Assembly (NCBI GenBank): GCA_001778375.1
Contig: MFGV01000074.1
Coordinates: 9,651-73,650, forward strand
Origin: Candidatus Firestonebacteria bacterium RIFOXYD2_FULL_39_29
Lineage (GTDB): Bacteria; Oederibacteriota; D2-FULL-39-29
DNA: 64,000 nucleotides
Direction: 5' to 3'
Every line of letters begins with the position of its first letter. Positions within the stretch are counted from its first letter, which is position 1. Below, in pieces: positions 50,431 to 58,246 of this stretch. The notes under the pieces were generated by a model. It did not search any database. It was not told the origin of the DNA and saw only the letters and a program-made list of their open reading frames with translations. Both the position numbers and the translations under genes were made by a program.

Positions 50431-51045
50431 ATGGAGGTGGTTAAGATGTATACAAGGAAGAAAGAAAGTGAATTCTTAACGGAGGATGAGGCAAGGTTGA
50501 TTTGTTCCCTGCCTGATCAAAGGACGGCAGAGGGTAAAAGAGATATGGCAATTCTAACCCTGATGTTAACGACAGGATGTAGAAAAGCCGAAGTCTGTGA
50601 TCTAACGGTAGGGAGTATAAAAGATTACAGGAACCAAAAAATATTGGAGGTTATCGGTAAAGGAAATAAGCTCAGGAGGATTGCTCTAAAGCCAGATACT
50701 TGTGAATTGATTATGAAGTATCACAGGGCAATCGGAAACGGTCATGATCCGAGCCAGCCGTTGTTTCTAACTCTTGGTAAGCACGGGCCATTTAAGAAAC
50801 AAGGGTTAACTCATTGTGCAGTGGATTGTATAGTCTGGAAGTATGCCGAGAAAAGTTGCCTAACAAAAAGAATAACGCCGCATACTTTAAGGCATACGTT
50901 TGCCACGACCTTACTTTCAAAAGGAGTGGATTTAAGGACTGTCCAAGATCTCATGGGTCATTCCGCAATAAGCACGACTGAGTTATATCTTCATACAAAT
51001 GACGACAAAAAGTTTGAAGCTGTCTGGAAACTAAACTTTAATTAA
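50431..51045 (+). CDS. Tyrosine recombinase, catalytic domain only (~200 aa)
   Basis: RD.AI..L...TG.R..E, GKGNK.R, HTLRHTFAT, MGH..ISTT..Y; no core-binding domain. Confidence 0.92.
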   Translation: MEVVKMYTRKKESEFLTEDEARLICSLPDQRTAEGKRDMAILTLMLTTGCRKAEVCDLTVGSIKDYRNQKILEVIGKGNKLRRIALKPDTCELIMKYHRAIGNGHDPSQPLFLTLGKHGPFKKQGLTHCAVDCIVWKYAEKSCLTKRITPHTLRHTFATTLLSKGVDLRTVQDLMGHSAISTTELYLHTNDDKKFEAVWKLNFN

Positions 51046-51057
51046 AGGAGGATAAAA

Positions 51058-51537
51058 ATGTACGGTGTTCGTAAACCAGAAAAGAAAAACGCTGAAAGGA
51101 TGAGGAGACTTAAAATTACGGCTGTTAAGGTTTGGCTGTATCATTACGAGAACGGAAAGCTGATTGAAAGTTATATCCGTTCATTGGATAAGTACGATAG
51201 GCAAGGCAGAGTAATATCTTCAGAGCAGTATAATAATAAAGGCAAGGTTACCTCCAAAAGTATTTACGGGTACTTGAATGACGGGAGGATTACCGAGGTA
51301 AAATATTTACATGGCAAGAAGCTTTGGCAGATGAGCTACCGTTATACAAAGGATAAACAGATTTCTGTGATTAGATTCTTTACTCAGAAAGGCAGGATTA
51401 AGAAGCTCCGAAGATATGTTACAAGGTTTGATGAAAAGGGCAATGTTTTGGAATCAATAACCACCGATCAAAAAGGTAGAAAATATATTCTTGAAAAGTT
51501 CGTCCATGAGTATTCCAAGGAGACGGAGGCGATATGA
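51058..51537 (+). CDS. Basic protein with YD/RHS-like beta repeats
   Basis: KYDRQGRVI, Y.Y..DG.I.E, RFDEKGNVLE; GGAGG RBS. Confidence 0.55.
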   Translation: MYGVRKPEKKNAERMRRLKITAVKVWLYHYENGKLIESYIRSLDKYDRQGRVISSEQYNNKGKVTSKSIYGYLNDGRITEVKYLHGKKLWQMSYRYTKDKQISVIRFFTQKGRIKKLRRYVTRFDEKGNVLESITTDQKGRKYILEKFVHEYSKETEAI

Positions 51538-51779
51538 AGGGTTTGTTGAAGAGGATGAAAGATGGGGATGTCGTGGTGGTTGTTACTGGCAAAGTTACAG
51601 AAAACTTAAGAGGTATTCTAGAGGCATTGGTAAAGCGTAATAATAGTTTAGTTGTAAAAAAGGTTTCAAGAAAGAAGCGCCACATCACGATAAAAGAAGT
51701 ATATGATGATTTGATTGTAAGAAGGGCTGTAATTATCCTTACTGATAAAGCAGAATACGAAGCCATAGTAATTGGATAG
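51534..51779 (+). CDS. Small hypothetical protein
   Basis: GGAGG RBS, ATGA overlap with the upstream gene. Confidence 0.5.
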   Translation: MKGLLKRMKDGDVVVVVTGKVTENLRGILEALVKRNNSLVVKKVSRKKRHITIKEVYDDLIVRRAVIILTDKAEYEAIVIG

Positions 51780-51846
51780 TTGTCTGTAGACAAAAGGCAA
51801 GTAATGTGTTATACTATAATGGACAAGGAGGGACAACAATGGACAA
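51780..51846 (+). promoter_or_regulatory. CBASS operon promoter with phased GGACAA operator-like repeats
   Basis: TAGACA-17-TATACT (51787-51815); palindrome TTGTCTGTAGACAA; GGACAA at 51821, 51831 and 51841. Confidence 0.7.
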
Positions 51847-52435
51847 TGCAGATGAATTACCATGTATAGGGGAGATGTTAACTATTGAAGATGTATCGAA
51901 GTATTTAAAGGTAAACAAAAAGACAATTTACAGGATGATTAACTTAAGACAGATACCTGCTTTCAAAGTAAGTAACCAATGGCGATTTAAAAAATGTGAA
52001 CTTGACAAATGGATTGATGAAAGCAATGTTGTAACAGAGATTCCGATTCTAGGAACAGTTGCGGCAGGGAAACCCATGTTTGCAGAGGAAAATTATGAAG
52101 GGATGCTTACAGTAGATAAGTCAATAGTCGGGAAGTCAAAAGATATTTTTGCGCTGAAAGTTAAAGGTTCGAGTATGATCGATGGGAACATAGAAGACGG
52201 GGACTATATTGTTATCCAAAAACAGCCTCAAGTTTTTCAAGGCGAAAGAGCTGTTGTAATTGTAAACGGCGAGGCCACGGTAAAAAAGTACTATGAAGAA
52301 CAAAATATGATCAGATTGCAACCACAAAATGAAACAATGCAACCAATTATTGTTGACCCGAGTACGAATGAAGTTTCTATTGCTGGTAAAGTTAAAGCTG
52401 TCATTAAAAGAAATAAAAAAGTTGTGAGGGATTAA
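51839..52435 (+). CDS. HTH_17 (excisionase-type) domain fused to a LexA-type S24 autopeptidase
   Basis: MLTIEDVSKYLKV..KTIYR.....IPAFKV..QWRF; GTVAAG cleavage site, KGSSM Ser, ATVKK Lys; AGGAGG RBS. Confidence 0.88.
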   Translation: MDNADELPCIGEMLTIEDVSKYLKVNKKTIYRMINLRQIPAFKVSNQWRFKKCELDKWIDESNVVTEIPILGTVAAGKPMFAEENYEGMLTVDKSIVGKSKDIFALKVKGSSMIDGNIEDGDYIVIQKQPQVFQGERAVVIVNGEATVKKYYEEQNMIRLQPQNETMQPIIVDPSTNEVSIAGKVKAVIKRNKKVVRD

Positions 52436-52436
52436 A

Positions 52437-53384
52437 ATGAATGATTGTTTTCAAATACTTTCATTAGATGGCGGTGGGATAAAAGGTCTATTCTCGGCAG
52501 TGTTACTTGCTAAGCTTGAAGAAGACCTCAAAATAAAGGTGATTGATCATTTTGATTTAATAGTAGGAACTTCTACCGGAGGTATTATTGCTTTGGGCCT
52601 CGGGTTGGGAATGACGCCAAAGGAGATTGTCGACTTTTATCTTGAGAAAGGCCCAAGGATATTTGCCGGTATCCCTGTTGCTTCATGGTTTAAACATATT
52701 TTATTTAATAAATATGATGGGAAAATACTAGAAGATATTTTAAAAGATGATAAATGTTTTGGTTCGAGATTGCTTGGAGAAAGCAAAAAACGATTGGTAA
52801 TACCATCTTTTGATACTGATTCGGGAGAAGTGTATATTTTTAAGACGGCACACCATGAACGGTTTAAACGAGATTTCAAATATCCTGCTTGGAAAGTAGC
52901 GCGTGCAACAACAGCAGCGCCTTCATTTTTTCCGACATGTAAGTGCATTGATAACATTAGTTTGGTGGATGGAGGATTGTGGGCGAATAATCCGAGTATG
53001 ATTGGCTTGGTTGAGGCAATCAAGGTATTAGAAATACCTATTGATACGATAAAAATATTGAATATCGGGACAACAGAAGAATTATCAAAAAAATCCTTTG
53101 TATTGAAATATTTCGGGGGTTGGTTGCCAAGGGCTTTGCCTGCTATTAAAACGATATTGCAAGCTCAATCTTCCGCGGTTTGTTCTCAATGCAAGTTATT
53201 AATAAAAGATCACTATGTTAGAATTAGTCCAAAAGTACCAGAAGGATTATTCAAATTGGATAAGCTAAACATGCAAGACTTGTATGCTTTTGCTTCAAAG
53301 CATAGCAGAGATAACTCTCCTATTTTTGAGAATGTTTTTTCTGGACACAAGTCAGGAGAGTTTGTCCCAATTCACAAAATATAA
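52437..53384 (+). CDS. capV: CBASS patatin-like phospholipase effector
   Basis: LSLDGGGIKG, GTSTG, FKT.HH, AT.AAP, DGG.WANNP; adjacent to a CD-NTase. Confidence 0.9.
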   Translation: MNDCFQILSLDGGGIKGLFSAVLLAKLEEDLKIKVIDHFDLIVGTSTGGIIALGLGLGMTPKEIVDFYLEKGPRIFAGIPVASWFKHILFNKYDGKILEDILKDDKCFGSRLLGESKKRLVIPSFDTDSGEVYIFKTAHHERFKRDFKYPAWKVARATTAAPSFFPTCKCIDNISLVDGGLWANNPSMIGLVEAIKVLEIPIDTIKILNIGTTEELSKKSFVLKYFGGWLPRALPAIKTILQAQSSAVCSQCKLLIKDHYVRISPKVPEGLFKLDKLNMQDLYAFASKHSRDNSPIFENVFSGHKSGEFVPIHKI

Positions 53385-53401
53385 TGTAGGAGGAAAAGAA
53401 A

Positions 53402-54517
53402 ATGTTAACAGCTGATAGAGTTTTAAAACTTGCGCATGACTTAGATTCAATTGTGGAAAATTTAGATATATCTGAAAGCAGATATTTAGAAGCTGTAAAA
53501 AGATATGAAGCTGTTGGATCATGGTTGAGTAGTGAAAAGTCTCCATTGCTTAAATTAAAGTTCATACCAAGGATATATTCTCAAGGCTCTTTTCGTCTTG
53601 GTACTGTAGTAAGGCCGATCAATAATAAAGATGAGTGCGATATTGACTTGGTATGTTTACTAACAGCAGAAGAGCAGAAAAGCATTACATCGAAAGAACT
53701 AAAAGAAATTGTCGGGGAAAGCCTGAAACAGAATGGGATATACGCAAAGTTGCTCGATAAAGAAGGAAGAAGGTGTTGGACGCTCAATTACGAGAATGAG
53801 TTCCATTTGGATATTTTACCTGCCATATTAGATGTAGAACTAAATAAAGTTGGTGGTTTGTATAAAACAGCGATAAAAATTACCGATAAAGCTGAGAGTG
53901 TGTATAAGTGGGAGCCTAGTAATCCAGATGGATATGCGACATGGTTTTCAGAAAGGCAAAAATTGATATTTGCCAGCTTAAAAAAATCTATGGCTGCATC
54001 TTTAAAAGAGAGTATAGATGAAGTACCAGATTATAAAGTCAGGACACCTCTTCAGAAGAGTGTTCAAGTTCTTAAGCGTCATCGAGATGTATATTTTGAT
54101 GGAAAAGAGAATAAGCCTGCATCTATAATCATTACAACTATATGTGCTGTGTTATACAATGGGCAAGCGGATGTGTATACTGCTTTGCATGACATCTTGA
54201 GTGATTTTGATATTGAACAATATAAGAAGGAAGAAGGCTATTATTTGGCTAATCCGTCCAATATTGCTGAGAATTTTATGGAGAGATGGAATGAAGATGA
54301 CTCCCTTCCATTGGCTTTCTTTGAGTGGTTGGAAGATGCTAAGAATGATTTTTGTGATACAGGATTGATAAGAAAAAGTAGTGCAGATGTAACTACCATT
54401 CTCGAGGCAAAACTTGGAACCACTATAAAGACTACAAGAAATAATCTTGTTAATAGCGTTCCTCTAGTATCAATAAACACTGGGAATGTTAGCAAGAGAC
54501 AGCCATGGGGTTTGTAG
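53402..54517 (+). CDS. CBASS cGAS/DncV-like nucleotidyltransferase (CD-NTase)
   Basis: SQGSFRLGT, DIDL, RCW...Y...FHLDILPA, SNP.GY..WF, TPLQ..VQ.LKRHRD, P.SIIITT, NP...ENF..RW; tail QPWGL. Confidence 0.93.
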   Translation: MLTADRVLKLAHDLDSIVENLDISESRYLEAVKRYEAVGSWLSSEKSPLLKLKFIPRIYSQGSFRLGTVVRPINNKDECDIDLVCLLTAEEQKSITSKELKEIVGESLKQNGIYAKLLDKEGRRCWTLNYENEFHLDILPAILDVELNKVGGLYKTAIKITDKAESVYKWEPSNPDGYATWFSERQKLIFASLKKSMAASLKESIDEVPDYKVRTPLQKSVQVLKRHRDVYFDGKENKPASIIITTICAVLYNGQADVYTALHDILSDFDIEQYKKEEGYYLANPSNIAENFMERWNEDDSLPLAFFEWLEDAKNDFCDTGLIRKSSADVTTILEAKLGTTIKTTRNNLVNSVPLVSINTGNVSKRQPWGL

Positions 54518-55218
54518 ATGTTGACAGTCAATATAAAGAATTAAGGAGTCAATACCCATATTTGTTCTTGAATAAAGATGAGAATGTTTTTCGTATTAGC
54601 GGAACAATTGTTATCAATGTTGCCGAACTAAATGATGCTTTTGAAATTGAGATAGTTATTGATAAAGAATATCCTCTGAAACCACCCTTTGTTAGAGACC
54701 TTGATTCTAAAATACCGAAAGACTACCATCGCATTAAAGGTGGATACTTTTGCTTGGAAACCCCATACACGTTAAATCAAATATTTAAACAGCAACCTAC
54801 ATTGCTTTATTTCGTTAATGAGTTAGTTATTCCGTATTTGTTTAATTATCATATGTTTCAAAAAACAGGGATAATGCCTTTTGGGCAAAGGAATCATGGA
54901 ATTACAGGCATAATGGATGATTTTAAGAATCGGTTAAATGCAAACGACGATATTACTGTAATCAAGCTTATTCAGATGTTAGTGGAAGATAATTATAGGG
55001 GCCATTATGACTGTCCGTGCGGGAGCAAAAAAAGGATTAGAAATTGTCATGCTGATAAATTGTTAAAATTAAAAGTTGAAGGATATAACTTTATGGAAGA
55101 TTATCTCATGATGGTGTTTTCTGTCAAAGATAAAGTAAATATTGTGCCATTGATTTCCAAGAAGGCAAGGCAATTTATTAAGGAGAAGGGAGATTCCCCA
55201 AAGCCAGATAAGCTATAA
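54505..55218 (+). CDS. Prokaryotic E2 (UBC-like) domain + SEC-C zinc motif, CBASS ancillary protein
   Basis: YP..PP.V.....IP...H....G.FCL, PFG.R.HG, CPCGS.K..RNCH. Confidence 0.78.
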   Translation: MGFVDVDSQYKELRSQYPYLFLNKDENVFRISGTIVINVAELNDAFEIEIVIDKEYPLKPPFVRDLDSKIPKDYHRIKGGYFCLETPYTLNQIFKQQPTLLYFVNELVIPYLFNYHMFQKTGIMPFGQRNHGITGIMDDFKNRLNANDDITVIKLIQMLVEDNYRGHYDCPCGSKKRIRNCHADKLLKLKVEGYNFMEDYLMMVFSVKDKVNIVPLISKKARQFIKEKGDSPKPDKL

Positions 55219-55397
55219 AACTTCCCTCGTTTTATTACACAAAATATAGTTCAAGAAGAAAATCCCTCCATGGAAACATTAACAAAATCAATAAGTCGGA
55301 AAATCGAGTATGATGGTTATTTCCCTCGTTTTTTATATCAAGTGATTATTATTTGCTGAAAAACCTGATTTGGGGCGAATAAAAATGAATAGGGGTA

Positions 55398-55426
55398 TTG
55401 ACAAAAACAGGAAACAGAGGTATACT
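55398..55426 (+). promoter_or_regulatory. sigma70 promoter
   Basis: TTGACA-17-TATACT. Confidence 0.75.
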
Positions 55427-55497
55427 TACAATAAATAGAGCGTGGCTGAATCGCGTCGCGCTGGTTGAATTTGAAGTTACCGAGAAAAACCTTCTAT

Positions 55498-55541
55498 AAA
55501 ACTTCTCATGGTCGAAAGACCGCGAGGAGTTTTTTATTTTG
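55498..55541 (+). terminator. Terminator/attenuator between the promoter and the ATPase gene
   Basis: AAACTTCTCATGGTC-GAAA-GACCGCGAGGAGTTT followed by a T run. Confidence 0.65.
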
Positions 55542-55569
55542 TAGTCAGAAAAATAGAAGGAGTGAATAA

Positions 55570-57279
55570 ATGGAAAAATCTCGGGAAGGCAATCAAAATA
55601 ATACGCACATTGTAAAAGCTGTAAGAATAGAACCTCCTGAAGTTGACGAATATTATCTTATAAGCGAAAGAGAAAAGGTGCAAGTACTGTCTTTGGAAGA
55701 TGATAATTCGGCTGAGGTTCTTTTTCAAAATGAGAAATATCCAAGGGTGGTTAATTACTTTGATGATTGGGAACTGCTCCCCTATGAAAAGATCAAAAAC
55801 CAAATCATCGAAGTAAGAGAACAGAATAAAAGACCTTTTTTGATCAAAAAAGAAGTTGCTTCCTTGGTGATAGAAAGTTTGTGTAAGCACGGATTCTTTG
55901 CTTGGAGCAACGAAGAAAGTTATTACTTTAGAAACAAAGACCACAAGCTTTTCAGTGTTAATTCGATAGCCTTTCAAGCTTTTGTCGAGTTTAGCTTTGG
56001 GTTGAATTCGACCGAAATAGAATATAAGTATTTAATTGAGAGTATCAAAGCCTACGCCTACCGTGAGAAAACAGTAACTGTTTACAACTTCTGCTTCTAT
56101 AATAGATATTTAAGTTGCCTGTATATTTCTAGCTTTGACGGGATGATGTATAGGTTAAACGGATATATAGTTGAGTCGGTTCCAAATGGGACAGACGGTA
56201 TTCTATTCATAGATGATCCAAGTTGGGAGTCATTTGAGTACTTGGGTCAGAATATAAGATCGGGATATGTCTCAGAGCTATTAGTGGATACAATAAATTT
56301 TACTTTATCAACAGAGGTGCTACTCCTTCCAAGTGAACAACGGGGTTTTTGGTTGCTAAATATATTTTCCCTGTTTTTTGAAAGTCTATTGCCTACAAAA
56401 CCACTAACGCTGTTTCTGGGTCAGAAGGGGTCTGGAAAAACCTCAACTTTGTCTTGGATATTGTCGCTTTTTTTTGGAAGCAAGGTGCGAGTTCTTTCTA
56501 TGGGAAAGGATAAAGAAGATGCTTTCCTTGCAAGTATCTGTAACGAATACTTAGTGGTCTATGACAATGTTGATGGCAAGATTCTTTGGCTAAATGACCA
56601 CTTAGCAGCTGTTGCCACGGGATCGGGTATAATTCGCAGAAAATTATACACGACGAATGAAAAGAGTAAAATGTTTCCGCGGGTGTTTATATTTTTGACT
56701 TCAAGGACTCCGAACTTTAAGAGAGATGATTTAGCAGACAGAATGCTCATTTTCAATGTTGAAACATTTAAAGAGTTCAAATCTGAAGAACAATTAAGAA
56801 AGGAAAGAGCAGATAAAAGAAACGAATTGATGACAGAATTGCTGAATGACCTTAACACAATAGTTCAACACTTGAAAACAGATGGGAACCCAGAATTTAA
56901 GACAAACCACAGGATGGCTGATTGGGCTAAATTAGTATGTAGGATAGGCAGAGTTGTAGGGGTGGAAAATAAAATTATTTTGGCATTGGAGAAGCTTCAG
57001 CATGATCAAAGTGAATTCTTGCTTGGGGATGAACCTATAGCACAGGCACTTGAATTGTGGACAGGAATACCGGGGTATGAAGCACGGAGCCTAACTGCGA
57101 AAGAGCTTCTGGATGAACTAGGGTCTGCATTCCCTGAAATAAGGAGCACATATAGGAGTCCGAAAAGTCTTGCTCAGAAACTCACACACATAGAAAAGAA
57201 TTTGAAGATCTACTATGAGATAAAGACGGAAAAGGAGGAGGGCAAAGCTAAAACATATAGTTTTAGTAAACGGAAATAG
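55570..57279 (+). CDS. Second replication-type P-loop ATPase (SF3-helicase-like, mobile-element type)
   Basis: Walker A GQKGSGKT, YDNV, TG....R.LYT, R.DLADR, RMADW. Confidence 0.72.
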   Translation: MEKSREGNQNNTHIVKAVRIEPPEVDEYYLISEREKVQVLSLEDDNSAEVLFQNEKYPRVVNYFDDWELLPYEKIKNQIIEVREQNKRPFLIKKEVASLVIESLCKHGFFAWSNEESYYFRNKDHKLFSVNSIAFQAFVEFSFGLNSTEIEYKYLIESIKAYAYREKTVTVYNFCFYNRYLSCLYISSFDGMMYRLNGYIVESVPNGTDGILFIDDPSWESFEYLGQNIRSGYVSELLVDTINFTLSTEVLLLPSEQRGFWLLNIFSLFFESLLPTKPLTLFLGQKGSGKTSTLSWILSLFFGSKVRVLSMGKDKEDAFLASICNEYLVVYDNVDGKILWLNDHLAAVATGSGIIRRKLYTTNEKSKMFPRVFIFLTSRTPNFKRDDLADRMLIFNVETFKEFKSEEQLRKERADKRNELMTELLNDLNTIVQHLKTDGNPEFKTNHRMADWAKLVCRIGRVVGVENKIILALEKLQHDQSEFLLGDEPIAQALELWTGIPGYEARSLTAKELLDELGSAFPEIRSTYRSPKSLAQKLTHIEKNLKIYYEIKTEKEEGKAKTYSFSKRK

Positions 57280-57508
57280 GAGATATAAATGGACAAACAC
57301 TATATTATTAAAAAGGGATTCACAATCCGATTATATCGCTTATATTGTTTATTGGTAAAAAAATTTAAAAATATAATATTATATATTTTCACTTCAAATG
57401 AAATAGTGATATATGGAAAATCGGTCTAAATATTTAGGTCATTATGGTTTTCTGTATTATTTCAAAGCTGATGTCTTGCCTCAGCTTATATTACACAGGA
57501 GGTAGTGT

Positions 57509-57697
57509 ATGGCTTTAGAAAAGTTGAGAGAGTATTTTGGGGTTACAGAAATACCACAGAAAGAGGTAGAAAAGGTTCCTGAAAAAGTATCAACAAAAAA
57601 AGGATGTTTGAAAATGGTTCAGGTAGGGCTGGATATGGATGACAACAGCCAATTGGAAAAAGGCAAGGATATAGAGAATTTGCCTGATTGGTTATAA
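57509..57697 (+). CDS. Small hypothetical protein
   Basis: AGGAGG RBS, 62 aa. Confidence 0.45.
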   Translation: MALEKLREYFGVTEIPQKEVEKVPEKVSTKKGCLKMVQVGLDMDDNSQLEKGKDIENLPDWL

Positions 57698-57727
57698 AAA
57701 AAGGAGTATTAGAAGGAGGGCGAGTTT

Positions 57728-58180
57728 ATGGGTAAGGATATTATCGAAGAATTATATAATGTTGACAAAGTTCTAAATATTCCGTTTGTCGGTTTAGGGT
57801 TGATCGGAGAAAAGCTTGTGGTGTCATTTGAAAAAGACGATATGACCACAGAGAGGATGTCCTGCTTTACGGAAGGGCATTACACAGGGAATCCCAGTAT
57901 AAGGCTTCAGGCAGGGGAACGGTTCATTGTTGCCACAAGAGCTCAAAGGCAGGCTCTTACGGTCAAGCCAGAGGCTCTAAGCGTTGAACGGCGTTACTTG
58001 AGCGTGAAAGAATGTGCCGTATATACTGGGGTTAGCGTTAAAACGCTGTATCGGTGGAGCCGTGAGTCCAAAGTCCCTACCAGTAAAATCGGACATATCC
58101 TGCGGTTTGACAGGGCAGAAATAGAGAAGTGGGTAGGCAGGTATAAAAGGAGCGCTACTAATGCTGACCTTTTGGATTGA
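57728..58180 (+). CDS. Excisionase-like HTH_17 protein with N-terminal extension
   Basis: YLSVKECA.Y.GVS.KTLYRW.....P..KIG..LRF....I..W; directly upstream of Int. Confidence 0.82.
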   Translation: MGKDIIEELYNVDKVLNIPFVGLGLIGEKLVVSFEKDDMTTERMSCFTEGHYTGNPSIRLQAGERFIVATRAQRQALTVKPEALSVERRYLSVKECAVYTGVSVKTLYRWSRESKVPTSKIGHILRFDRAEIEKWVGRYKRSATNADLLD

Positions 58181-58246
58181 AAAGACGGCTACGAAGGGCT
58201 ATTATTGTAGCGGATACAAGGGGACAGCTTTGGTCGAGGAGACCAA

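Noticed and set aside
50431..51045. Chromosomal xerC/xerD or integron integrase
   Set aside because: It lacks the N-terminal domain and the IntI-specific insertion, and no attC-like hairpins were seen
51839..52435. Host lexA
   Set aside because: The DNA-binding domain is HTH_17-type rather than the LexA winged helix, and it lies inside the island
57295..57310. Fifth copy of the composite site
   Set aside because: Only TATATTAT matches; the flanking motifs are not at the expected offsets
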